Source: the human T2T-CHM13v2.0 reference genome, Homo sapiens
Assembly (NCBI RefSeq): GCF_009914755.1
Contig: NC_060930.1
Length of the DNA stretch: 64,000 bases
Strand: one strand, 5' to 3'
Position numbers and translations under genes: made by a program. Positions 1-12,742 of this stretch are shown here, one piece after another (the first letter of the stretch is position 1; every line of letters starts with the position of its first letter). Under the pieces are notes generated by a model that saw nothing but the letters and a program-made list of their open reading frames with translations, was not told where the DNA came from and made no database searches.

Positions 1-306
1 ACTCCCACCAGCACCATGACAGTTTACAAGTACCATGGCAACACCAGGAAGTTACCCTATATGTCTGAAAAGAGGAGGCATGAATAATTCACCCCTTGTT
101 TAGCATATAATCAAGAAATAACCATAAAAATGGGTAACCAGCCGCCCTCAGGGCTGCTCTGTGTATGGAGTAGCTACTCTTTTATTCCTTTCCTTTCCTC
201 ATAAACTTGCTTTCACTTTGCTGTATGGACTCACCTCAAATTCTTTCTTGCACGAGATCCAAGAACCCTCTCTTGGAGTATGGATTGGGACCCCTTTCCA
301 GTAACA
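1..306 (+). mobile_element. 3' part of an ERV1 LTR (LTR8-like), cut by the window start
   Basis: Ends GATCCAAGAACCCTCTCTTGG...GGGACCCCTTTCCAGTAACA, which I recall as the LTR8-group terminus; terminal CA at 305-306. Confidence 0.75.
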
Positions 307-357
307 CTAGTACCTGCTTACCATAATGAAACACTACCAGTTGAGATGAGAAATGCA

Positions 358-666
358 TTTTTTTTTTTCGAGACAAAGTCTTACTCTGTCACCTGGGCCA
401 GAGTGCAGTGGTGCCATCTCAGGTCACTGCAACGTCCGCCTCCTGGATTCAAGCAATTCTCCTGACTCAGCCTCCGAGTAGCTGGGACTATAGGTGCATG
501 CTGCCATGCCTGGCTAATTTTTTTTTTTTTTTTTTTTTTGTATTTTAGTAGATACAGGGTTTCACTGTGTTGCCCAGGCTGGTCTCGAACTCCTGAACTC
601 AGGCAATCCTCCTGCCTCGGCCTCCCAAAGTGCTAGGATTATAGGTGTGAGCCACCGTGCCCGGCC
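358..666 (-). mobile_element. Alu (AluS-like), full length
   Basis: Poly-T start, two monomers, expanded middle T tract, ends GTGAGCCACCGTGCCCGGCC. Confidence 0.95.
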
Positions 667-725
667 GCATATCTTAAAACCTAAAGAATTAGAAACAGAG
701 AACCCATTTTAAAATGAGTCACTAA

Positions 726-1055
<330 letters not shown>

Positions 1056-3237
1056 TGTAAGTTACTTTTAAACACACTGAAACAAAGTGTGTAGCTCCAA
1101 GAAACTACAAAGAGGGAAAACAGTTTCCATTCAGTGCCTTGCAGGATTTGTAAGAGGCTTTCCATGTTGGCTTGTGAGCAGCAGGAGTGAAAGAAGCTGG
1201 GATGGAGGAATGCACACTGGGCAGGGAGAGATGGAAAGGAAAAATACCAGCTGTCTCTGATTGCTGACAGCAAAGAAAAGACAGGGAACAACTGCAAAAC
1301 CAATGCTTGTTGGTAGGTTTTCAAATCACTCCCAAACTCCCCTCTTTCACTCCTCTACCCGCTCCCACCCCCCGCAATACCTCAGAAAAAGTAACCTTTC
1401 CTTAAGTACAAAAACAAACAAAGGAAAGAAAGCTTATGGGAGTTGGGAAAACATAAAGAATGTAAATGAGCCTCCACATCTTTCCCAATGAATGTGGAGC
1501 AGGAATTCCCACTGGAATGTTGGCATTCCATATTTTTCCAACCCAGTATTTTTGGTGGAATTGCTGTTCAGACATAAACATTTACTCTCCTTCTCCGATT
1601 CCACAAGTCAGGGGCTCATTTCTATATAAAAGAGTGACAACAGAGAGGACATTCATTTAAATCTACTGTAAATTCCAGGCCCTCAAATAATTTGTTAAAA
1701 ATCCGTTTAAAAAGATAAATAGTAATTTTGCTCCTGAAAGTGTTATGGGAAATTTTTATATTTTGTCTTTAATGAATCAACAGAAAGAAATGAGTTTTTT
1801 TTTTTTCAAGAATAGCTGTTCTTTGACATTTAATTTTCTCAGCATTGCAGCCTTCTGAAAATTGTGTATAGCAAATAAGATACGAAATGTGCATACCCTC
1901 AGCATTAAAATTATTTCCTAGAGTAATTTTAAGTCTTGCAACAAAAATAAATTCTTGACATTGCTCATTTAAGGAGTGGAACTGTTAGGAGTTATAACAC
2001 TATACACAAATCTAATCTGCCTATCATAAAACTAATTATCATTTAAATAAAACAATAAATTTGAAGATGAGTCAATGGCAGGAGACCAGGCATGTCCTCA
2101 GACTTAGCCTTGACCAAGGTAAAACAAATCTCTTTTGCCCTGAATCCAAGTGATGAGATGTAGGCTGTGCAGTGTCAAGACACAAACATGCAAAACGGGT
2201 CTAGAATAGGATAACCCTTAGAATTAGGTTATGTCAGATAATGAGCAAATGATGATAATTTGGCAGAGTATCAGGCAAAGATACATACACAGGAATAATT
2301 TATAACAGTTTTAAGAATGTTTATACCACTACACTTTTTTCCAAATAATCCACTATCAATTGCAAAGATATTTAAGATAAGCAAGAATCAGGTCCCTGAA
2401 TAATTCTTAAAAAATAATCTAGTCCAGTTGACCAAGCACACACTTCATCCTTTTGGTCAGTTGCTGTTGAGATTTTGCGGTATCCATGGTGGGGTAGGAG
2501 CTCCTGGCCTCCTCCCCTGTGACCTGTGACCTGTGAGGGTGATAGGCCAGCAGTCAACCTCACTGAGCTGAACGTTGCTTTTCTTAAGCTTCCAAATGCC
2601 AGGACAGGCCAGCCCCTCTGAAACAACCCAGAATGAAACACCCTCTCTCCCATGTTCCATGCTTTTCATATCTGGGTGTCCATCACACTGACCCCTTCAA
2701 TCCTTCCTCTTGGAAGCTTCACATCCCTATTTCCACCAAATCTGCTTAGAGGACTAATTCAAGAGTCTTCATCATATATGGATGAGCTTTCTTAAAACGT
2801 GCTTCAGTTTGTCAATACATTTTATAAGTCATCGATTACTTAATACAATAATGAAGACATGAAAAATAGTGGAGCACAGCAACTTACCTTTAGGTCTCTA
2901 GTGTCTAACTCAGTGCTCAGCTCACAGAATGTGGTCAGATAAGGCACAGAATGAAGCCAGTTTGTCTCCTCAGAGTAGCATTTAATTTAGGGGTGGCCAC
3001 AGAACTCCTTTGAATTACACTGAGCTGGCAAACAACTCAAGGCCTTATTCTTTTCCCATTTTGCCTATTATATGGGAAAGCTCTCCTTGACCCCGTGTGT
3101 ATATTTGCTTTTACAGGGTAGAAGTGCAGTTATTTGTAGTTTATTTTCCGTATATTTCCACATTTTTCATTTTCAACAAGAAGCATTTAAGATATGTATA
3201 ATGAAATATTAAACACTATATTTTCATTATCATTAAT

Positions 3238-5564
3238 TGATATGGTTTGGTTCTGTGTCCCTACCCAACTCCCACCTTGAATTGTAATAATCCTAACTTG
3301 TCAAGGGCAGGACCAGGTGGAGATAACTGAAGCATGGGGGCAGTTTCCCCCATGCTGGTCTCTTGATAATGAGTGAGTCTCATGAGATCTGATGGTTTTA
3401 TAAGCATCTGGCATTTCTCCTGCTTATGCTCATTCTCTCTCCTGCTGCCCTGTGGAGAGGTGACTTCTGCCATGATTGTAAGTTTCCTGAGGCCTCCTCA
3501 GCCATGCAGAACTATGAGTCAATTAAACCTCTTTTCTTCATAAATTACCCAGTATAGGGTATTTCTTCATAGCAGGGTGAGAATGGACTAATGCAGTAAA
3601 TTGGTAGTGCAGAGAGTGGGGTGCTGCTATAAAGATATCCAAAAATGTGGAAGCAACTTTGGAACTGGGTAACAGGCAGAGGTTGGAACAGTGTGGAGGG
3701 CTCAGAAGAAGACAGAAAGATGTGGGGAAATTTGAAATTTCATAGAGACTTGTTAAATGGCTTTGACCAAAATGCTGATAGTGATATGGACAATGAAATG
3801 CAGGCTGAGGTGGTCTCAGATGGAGATGAGGAACTTGTTGGGAACTGGAATAAAGGTGACTGCTACTATGCTTTAGCAAAGAGATTGGTGGCATTTTGAC
3901 TTTGCCCTAGAGATCTGTGGAACTTTGAACTTGAGAGAGATAATTTAGGGTATCTGGTGGAAGAAGTTTCTAAGCAGCAAAGTGTTCAAGAGGTCATTTG
4001 GGTGCTCTTAAAAGCATTCAGTTTTATGCATTCACAAAGATATGGTTTGGATTGGGATTTATGTTTAAAAGGGAAGCAGAGCATAAACGTTCAGAAAATG
4101 TGTAGCCTAACAATGTTATAGAAAAATAAAACCCATTTTCTGAGGAGAAATCCAAGCCAGCTGCAGAAATTTACATAAGTAATGAGAAGCCAAATGTTAA
4201 TCACCAAGACAATGGGGAAAATGTCTCCAGGGCATGTCAGAGACTTTCACAGCAGCTCTTCCCATCACAGGCCCAGAGGCCTAGGAGGAAAAAATGGTGT
4301 CATATGCCAGGCCCAGGGCCTTGCTGCTTTGTGCAGTCTCAGGACTTGGTGCACTGCATTCCAGCCATGGCTCAAAGGGGCTGAGGTACACCTCAAGCCA
4401 TTGCTTCAGAGGGTACAAGCTCCAAGCCTTGGCAGCCTCCACGTGGTGTTGAGTCTGTGGGTACACACAAGTCAAGAATTAAGGTTTGGGGACCTCCACC
4501 TAGATTTCAGAGGAAGTATGGAAATGCCTGGATGTCCAGGCATAAGTTTGGTGCAGGGTTGGAGCCCTAATGAAAAACCTCTGCCAGGGCAAAGTGGAAA
4601 GGAAGTGTGGGGTTGGAGCCCCACACAGAGTCCCCACTGGGGCACTGCTTAGTAGAGCTGTGAGAAGAGGGCCACCATCCTCCAGACCCACGAATGGTAG
4701 ATCCACAAACAGCTTGTACCATGTGCCTGGAAAACCACAGGCACTCAATGCCAACCCGTTAAGGAGTGGCCCAAGGCCATGGGAGCCCACCTCTTGCATC
4801 AGCATGCCCCAGATGTAAGACATGGAGTCAAAGGAGATCATTTTGTAGCTTTAAGATTTAATGACTCCCCCACTGGATTTCAGACTTGCATGGGGCCTGT
4901 AGCCCCTTGGTTTGGGCCAATTCCTTCCATTTGGAATGAGTGTATTTACCCAATGCCTGTACCCCCATTCTATCTAGAAAATAACTACCTTGCTTTTGAT
5001 TTTACTGGCTCAAAAGTGGAAGGAACTTGCCTTGTCTCAGATGAGACTTTGGACTGTGGACTTTTGAGTTAATGTTGAAATGAGTTAAGACTTTGGAGGA
5101 CTGTTGGGAAGGCATGACTGGTTTTGAAATGTGAAAAGACATGTGATTTGGGAGGAGCCATCGGTGGAAGAATATGGTTTGGCTGTGTCCCCACCCAAAA
5201 CTCACCTTGAATTATAATACTTGTTAATAATAATATTGTCAATAATATACTTGTCAATGATAACTCACTTGTCAAGGGTGGGACCAGATGGAGGTAATTG
5301 AATCATAGGGGCAGTTTCCCCCATGCTGATCTCTTGATAATGAGTGAGTCTCACCAGATATGATGGTTTTATAAGCATCTGGCATTTCCCCTGCCTGCAC
5401 TCATTCTCTCTCCTAAAGCCCTGTGAAAAGGTCCCTTCTGCCATGATTGTAAGTTTCTTGAGACCTCTCCAGCCATGCAGAACTGAGTCAATTAAACCTC
5501 TTTTCACTATAAATTACCCAGTCTCAGGTATTTCTTCATAGCAGCATGAAACTGGACTAATCCA
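3238..5564 (+). mobile_element. Complete THE1 (THE1C/D-like) MaLR: 5' LTR 3238-3595, internal 3596-~5169, 3' LTR ~5170-5564
   Basis: Starts TGATATGGTTTGG; both LTRs end GGACTAAT.CA; internal carries the decayed THE1-int ORF (..LLNGFDQNADSDMDNE..); imperfect 5-bp TSD TTAAT/TTCAT. Confidence 0.93.
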
Positions 5565-5869
5565 TTCATACAAGAGATGTAGCATAAATTTGTCTTCTCT
5601 GTTCACTCTCCTCCCACATCACCCACAACTCCATGCCACCCTATACCCCCCAGAGCTGGAAACAGGACATCCCTGTGGCATGAATTCAAAATTGAAGAAG
5701 GTTTTGGTTTAGAGAAATAAATGGAAATAAACAAATCAATGAGGTTATAATCATGGTATACAGGAGAGATATTTATGAGTCGTAAGACTGACACAGGTTT
5801 TAAAATAAACTCGGGAACTCAGTGAGGATGCAGGGAAGGTGAGAGGGGAAAGATTAGCAGGAGGAGGAG

Positions 5870-6020
5870 GAGCTGGAAAGATGAGCAGTCAGAGGGAAAG
5901 GCCTTCATGTGCTACCCTGAGCATTCCATGCTGTATGTTAAGAGATACAGGGAGCACTGGAAGTTTTCAAGCTGTGGGGTCAAGATCAGATGTGAGCTGC
6001 TGACAGACATCCTTGGTAGG
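5870..6020 (-). mobile_element. Old L2 LINE fragment
   Basis: GGGAGCACTGGAAGTTTTCAAGCTG..GATCAGATGTG resembles antisense L2; highly diverged. Confidence 0.5.
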
Positions 6021-6334
6021 GAGGGGAGGTCGGATCTTCTGGTTCACTCTGGTAGGAACTGGACTTTGTTTTAGTAGGCACTTGTGGCTATGCTATCAAT
6101 GCAAATATTGGCTTGTTTGTGTGTAGAGTTTGGAAGTCTTCCAACTGTGTGTCTCATATGGTTTCATCCCGGTTCCACACACCACAGTTCACTAGTTTTA
6201 GAGATGGGACTCCTCCCACACTCAGCTCAGGGTACTCATCTCATCTTAGGCTGGATTGGCGCTGATTGATTTCACTCCCAGTATCCACTTCCCTTTTCAC
6301 ACAGCTCACAAGGCCTGAGGCTCCCACTCTCAGT

Positions 6335-6430
6335 TATTAATTGATATTTCTAAGCTTCAGTTTCACCTTCATAAAACAGAGGAGATCCTAATGATGCCTA
6401 CGTGAGATGTGATGGTAAATAAATAAAACA
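6335..6430 (+). mobile_element. MIR fragment
   Basis: TCTAAGCTTCAGTTTCACCTTCATAAAACAGAGG resembles the MIR core. Confidence 0.5.
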
Positions 6431-7053
6431 GACTAGAAAACTTGCCTTAAATAAGGACACACTCTTCCTTGGGGCCTGTCTCCTCTACTGCTATTTTTCT
6501 GAAAGAACTCAGGGTAAAATTTGCTTCTACAATTTACGGAAGCACACGCAGGAATTCCTAGAGAATATAAGCATAATTCATTATAGAAAAAGCTTGGACT
6601 CATCAAATTAACAATAGATTTGAAGCCTCAGGATGATATTTCTGATAAAATTCCAAGAGAGTTGAAAGTTTAAATATTTCCAACATATTAAAAAAAAATC
6701 CTGCTCCCTTTTATATTTTCCAAAGTCTTTTTCTTTCAACTCTTCCAAAATACTAGCTGAAGGGCAAAATCAAACAAAGAAAATGTGTTTCTATTCAAGA
6801 AATGTTAAAATAAATATGTAATGATTTCTTGGTCAAAGTTTTCCTTTCCCAAGATAAAAATAATTTGAAGTCACATATGATAACTATTACCATGCCCTTC
6901 CAGATTGTGAAGCACAAGATTCCTGCAACAGTTTACAAGCTGACAAGTGAGGTCGTGGAGTGCTCAGAGTCCAGAAGACCGGGAAGGCAACCAGGAGTTG
7001 CTGTGGAAGACCTGAGCTTCACTGTGGATGGGGAAGCTTGCACTCGCCTCAGA

Positions 7054-7137
7054 ACTGCCCACCTGCCATATTTCTCAGTGTAAAGTGTCAATGGCACTGC
7101 CCACCTGCCGTATTTCTCAGTGTGAAACGTCAGTGGC
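7054..7137. repeat. 42-bp tandem duplication (2 copies)
   Basis: ACTGCCCACCTGCCRTATTTCTCAGTGT at 7054 and 7096. Confidence 0.9.
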
Positions 7138-8029
7138 TCACCTCCACCGAGCTTTCCTTTCAGCCGAGCTTCTTCCCGCTTCACCTCTGAGCCCCCGTGA
7201 TGGGGCTTCCGCTGTGACTGCAGATTCCAGTGATGACTGTGGTTCCATGTTCTAATAGGCCTGGGTTTTACTGTGCTGTTTATGCACTCGTTCTCCATCT
7301 GCCCTTCACAACAACACATAGACTCCATATTTCTCCCCAGGTGAATACCCTTTGCTGTTGAAGATACCTGGACATCATAATTTGTGTTCACGCATGAAGT
7401 CTGTGTTGTTACATGCCTACTGTGCTGCAGGAATTTTGTGTATAACATGGACAAGGTCGATGAAGTCATTGCTTTCTAACAGAGGAGACCATGCAAGAAA
7501 CACAAAAGTGCGTTGTGGAGAAGCACAGAACACACCCCCTAAGCACCCGCCCAGTTGAGGGGGTGGGAAGTGCTCCCCAGGGAGGGGCTGCTGGCTCCAG
7601 TCCCGCAGGGTAAAGTACCGGGAAGGGCGAAAGAGGCAGCGTTTATTCAGGTCTGGAGGTGGAAGAGGATTCTTGTCGGAAGGACACAGTGTAAACCAGT
7701 GTATATTTGATTGAGGTCTCTAGGTAGTTCCTGAGATCATACAGATAAAACATGAGTGGTTCTAAGAATGATCTATAAAAGTTATCTATATGCATAAAGT
7801 GAATGATAAAATCTTGCCCTCTTATGAGCAGCATAATGAGTTTACCCCCCAAAAAAACTATGAAGTACACGTTTCACAGTTCTTAATTCCCCACACTGCC
7901 CAAGGTCTCTCTCCCCTCTCCCCGGTCAGCAGGCTGTCCGTCCTGCTCTGCAGGCGTGAGGGTGCGTGCCCCTGCAGGCCTCTTCCCGGCCTCCATCTGG
8001 GCTATGGTGGCTCCTCCAGTCCCTGCCTG

Positions 8030-8290
8030 CCTTGCAATGCCCAGGCTCCTCATCTTTCCCACGCCTCCATCCCTCTGGGTCTGCCTTGGAAGCACTTACT
8101 GGCTCTACCTGGCAGTAGCAGCCACTCCACTAGAGTTGCTGGTGACCTTTTCTGGGCCTATTCCAGTACTGTTTTTTACTTTCTTCATGGAACTTTTCAC
8201 CATCTGAGATTATTCACAATAATTCCCAGAGAACACAGCACATGTCTGTCTTGCTCAGCCCTGGATCCCCACCCACTCCGGCTCTTGAGA
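8030..8290 (+). mobile_element. Possible L2 3' fragment
   Basis: Weak resemblance to the L2 3' region (TTTCTTCATGGAACTTTTCACCATCTGA..TGTCTTGCTCAGCCCTGGATCCCC). Confidence 0.35.
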
Positions 8291-9157
8291 CTTGGTAAGA
8301 GAATCCGCACCTGAAGAGACTGGGAATGAATGGAAATTTTCCTCCCAAGAGAAGGGCTTTGCATCCTCCAGGGCCAACTGGATAGCCGTGGAAATTGGCT
8401 GTGCAGTGGGCTTCTTCTCGCAGCTCTGCAGTCTTCTGGGGCTGTCAGCCACGATCACCTGCGTATGCCTGATGATTGCCACTCACAGGGAGAGTTAAAG
8501 CAAACCACGTTAGGTGGCCAAATATGTGCTGTAAAATGGTGCAAATGATAGCTTTTTGGCCTTGGAATATGTACAGTGGAAACATAAAACAAAACTAAAA
8601 CCTCTGCTCAACACATTTTTAAAATTTTGTTTGGAAAAAAAAATGCTTTTTCCTGTAATCTTTCTTAACCATCAGTAGAGCTGTCATCCTCAGACAACAC
8701 GCTTCACAAACAGCAGCCAAGATGTGGGTTGTGAACGACCATCAAGGTGCAGGAGAGGAAGAAGAAAATCATCATTCAGAAGACTTGGTGGTTGTCTGGA
8801 TGCAGCGTTCCCAGCTCCCATCCACCAGAAGTTGCTCCTGGTCAAGTTGAGTCAGCGGAAGACAAAACAGCCTCCTTCTGAGGAGCGGCGTGGTTAAGGA
8901 CAGACAGCAGGCTCTGCAGGCGTGGGAGGTGGCCAGATACAGATGCAGTGCCGAGCCAGACAGAGAGCTCAGCGAGGAAGCCAGGAGAAATCAAAAGACC
9001 AAGGAGAGAAGGGCACAGGCCTTGCCGTCACTGACGGCATCTTCACGTGGACAAGAGTGGAGCTCTGCTGAGGGTGGCCCTTCACTCTGCCAGGCATGAA
9101 GACCCTCAGCGCCCCCTTTAACATCCGTGTCCACTTCCACACACATAGTCACCACTC

Positions 9158-9592
9158 TGCATTAGTTTGTTCTTGCATTGCTGTAAAGACATGCCTGAGA
9201 CTGGGTAATTTATAAAGAAAAATGTTTAATCAGTTCACGGTTCTGCAGGCTGTACAGGAAGCATGGCGGCTTCTGCTTCTGGGGAGGCCTCAGGAAATGT
9301 CCAGTCATGGTGGAAGGCGAAGCCAGAGTGAGCATCTTGCATGGCAGGAGCAGGAGCAGAAGCAAGCGAGCAAGCAAGCAAGAGAGAGAGAGAGGAGGAA
9401 CTGCACACTCTTAACCACCAGATCTCAAGAGAACTCACTGTTGTGGGACGAGCACCAAGAGGATGGCACAAAACCATTCATGAGACACCACCCCCACGAT
9501 CCAACCAGCTTCCACCAGGCCCCACCTCCTGCACTGGGGATTACAGCTCAACAGGAGATTTGGGTGGGGACACAGAGCCGAACTATATAACA
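9158..9592 (-). mobile_element. MST-type MaLR solo LTR (MSTA-like)
   Basis: TGCATTAGTTTGTTCTTGCATTGCTGTAAAG...GCAGGCTGTACAGGAAGCATGG...GATTTGGGTGGGGACACAG is antisense MST LTR. Confidence 0.88.
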
Positions 9593-9624
9593 CCCGGATA
9601 ACACTCACCCTGTCATGTTTGTAA

Positions 9625-10670
9625 CAGATGTATTGAGGTACAATTTTATAGATTTTAAGCATACAATTGGATGTTTTAACAATCGCCGGCATCAAGGTAA
9701 TGAACGGACTGCCTCCCCTCAACACTCATTTCTGCCCCTTGGCCCTCCACCATCCCTCCTCCCTCCTCACCCCCCAGGGGAGCATGAATTTGTTTCTGTC
9801 CCTGTGGAGTAGTTCACATTTTGTGTAAACAGAATCTCACAGAAGGTACTCTTTTTAGTCTGGCTTCCTTTACTCTGAATAACTATGTTACGGTTCATCT
9901 GTGTTGTACCATGTATCAAGAGGCCATTTCTTTTAACTACTGATCAACGTTCCGCCACAGGGTCATATAGCACGTGTCCATCCATCTGATGATGGAGATG
10001 AGGGTTGCTTCTGGTTTTTGACAGTCAGATGCAAATGCTCCAAAGAGTTGTGTGCAAGTCTCTGCACAGCTGCCTGCCGGCACTCCTCCTGGGTGAGGAT
10101 CCAGGGTGGGCTGGATGGACGCAGGACAGGTTGCATGATTTAGTATTTAAGAAACTTCCAAACTTGTTTCCAAAGTGAAGCTATTTTACGTTTCCACTGC
10201 AGAGTATGTAATCCAGTTCTTCCACGCCCTTTCCCAGCTGTGGAGGGGCCAGGCTGTTGGTTTTAGCCATTCCACAGGGGAGTGGTGGAGCCCCACAGTG
10301 GTGTTCAGTTGCATTGTCTTGGTAACTGATGATACTGGATGTCACGCAGGTGCTTATTTGACATTGATATACCTTATTTAGTGAAGTGTCTACTAAAATA
10401 TTTTGCCCACTTTTTTATTGTTTTTTTCTGATTAGTGAGTTTTTAGTGTTCTATATATTCCAGATACAAACCTTGTCAAGTACATGGCTTTTAAATATTT
10501 TATCTTAACATTCATTCTCTTGATAATTTATTTCAAAAACAGACGTTTTAATTTTGATAAAGTTGATTTTTTTGTGACATCTAAAATAATTTTAATCCAA
10601 AATAATAAAGTTTTTCTCCCATGTTTTCTCAAGGATATTTATTGTTGTAGTTTTAACATTTAGTTCTGAC
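9625..10670 (-). mobile_element. Old L1M 3' end fragment
   Basis: Antisense L1 3' UTR/ORF2-end motifs (GTCTGGCTTCCTTTACT, CCATCCATCTGATGATGG, TTTTGCCCACTTTTT, TATATTCCAGATACAA). Confidence 0.8.
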
Positions 10671-12198
10671 CCAAAATAACTATATTTCCCCCAATTAATA
10701 ATTGTTTGAAGCATTTTTAGCTATAATGTTTGCTATTTTAAAAATTACAAGCATAAAAAATTAAAATAATTTGAGATTTGAAATTAGCTTTATGGAAATA
10801 TAAAATACTGCTGTGCTCACAATAAGCCTATCTCTTATAACCTTTCTGTTTCTGGGATTTTAATTGTAGGGTAATCCACTTACATTCCCAGAACTCAATC
10901 CTGACATTCTTCTTCCTTCCTGGGGAAGCCTCTTATTTTCACCCATTCTTCCCCTTGTCTGCGTCAGTATTATTAGTGCACATTTGTTCAATCTGTCTTC
11001 TCTGCCTCCAGGGCCCTGTGTTATTCTCTCTTACAGCATTCACAATCCGGAACAATGTGAGGGTACTGACTCAACTAATAGAGCACGAATAACAACCACT
11101 CAGCATGTGAGCTGACCGTAGCTGACCCCTGTGGTCACGCTGCTGACTACCAGCTCGATTCCGGGGCTTCTTATGAATCTGTATATTAAGAATCTGTATA
11201 CTGAGATAAAGGGATTACGGTGCTGGATTGCTCTTGGGGATTTCTGCTGAAGAGTCACAGTCCAGAGAGAGAGGGTCCGTGTGATCCCTCTCTGCTCACC
11301 ATTTAGCTTCTAGAAGCTTCCTACCTCCAAAAAATGATCTGAGGGAGGGGCCTCCAGGGACAGAAGTGAGAGTAGTGGCCCAGATTTCCTAACTCACCAA
11401 GAGTGGAAGCACACAGAAGCACCATGGGAAAGAGGAAAGACTCAGTGAGGACGGCCAAAAATGTTCAGAGTGATGGGGAAAATCGACACCCTGTCCTCCT
11501 AACACAGAGCATCCTGAGTCCCCGCTGACTCACAGGCATGAACTAGAACCAAGCAGGGAAGTGGAGGCAGGAGGCTTTCCAGGAGGGGAAACAGGTGTGA
11601 GCGAGGCACAAGAGGGGTGCTGGGTGTGGCCTCCCTGGACATGTGCTCACCTCTGATCACTGGGCTCTGGACCTGTTTTGGCAACTAAAATGGTATCCAC
11701 CTCAGCCTGCACCATTCCATAGCCAGCCTTCCAGAGTTTGCATGCTCTTCCAAAGGAATGAATTTTCTACAAAAAAAATAACCAGCTCCCATGGAGAGGT
11801 GTTGGTTAAAAGTGTTGTTGGGGGAAGACCAAAAAAATTCACACAGGGAAATAGCTGGAAGGTTTTTATGGAAAGCTAAGTTGGACTCAGATAGTGGAAC
11901 ATTGGTCACCTGTGATGTTTAAGAATTAAGCTGAGCTGTCCGAGTAGACATTTCAGAAATGCAGCTGGAGCTACCCAGTAAAAATCTTAAAGAAGCTTTG
12001 GATTCCTACACTGTCTCTACAAATCTATAGCAAATTCTTTAGGTGCTTTCCATGCATGTGTTGTAAGCTTTAAGGAATTTTATGGACTTCAAACATCTTT
12101 TATTCATTTTTTAATATCTTGGTGTTAAATACTAATTATATTTTCTCTGGCAAGATCTTACACCGTGTAGAGCAATATTAATTCACACAGAGAAGCCT

Positions 12199-12742
12199 TG
12201 TGATGGTTAATATTAAGTGACAACTTGATTGGATTGAAGGACGCAAAGTATTGTTCCTGGGTGTGTCTGTGAGGGTGTTGCCAAAGGACATTAACATTTG
12301 AGTCAGTGGACTGGGAGAGGCAGACCCACCCTCACTCTGGGTGGGCACCATCCCCTCAGCTGCCAGTGCTGCTGAACAATGCAGGCAAAAGAAGGTGGAG
12401 GAGCAGACTTGCTGAGTGTTCCAACCCTCATCTTTCTCCTGTGCTGGATGCTTCCTGCCCTCCAATACTGGACTCCAGGTCCTTCAGGTTTTCGACTCAG
12501 ACTTACACGAGTGGTTTGCCAGGGGCTCTCAGGCCTTTGGCCATAGACTGAAGGCTGCACTGTTGGCTTCCCTACTTTTGAGGTTTTGGGAATCAGACTG
12601 GCTTCCTCTCTCCTCAGCTTGCAGATGACCTATTGTGGGACTTCACCTTGTGATTGTGTGAGTCAATACTTCTTCCTAAGCCCCCCTTTATGTAAACATC
12701 TATCCTATTAGTTCTGTCTTTCTAGAGAACCCTGATAATACA
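12199..12742 (+). mobile_element. MLT2A-type LTR (5' LTR of HERV-L)
   Basis: TGTGATGGTTAATATT..CAACTTGATTGGATTGAAGGA..CTAGAGAACCCTGATAATACA. Confidence 0.92.

Noticed and set aside
6933-8548. 178-aa and 174-aa ORFs in unique-looking DNA
   Set aside because: No recognisable domain; they overlap a tandem duplication and a probable L2 remnant
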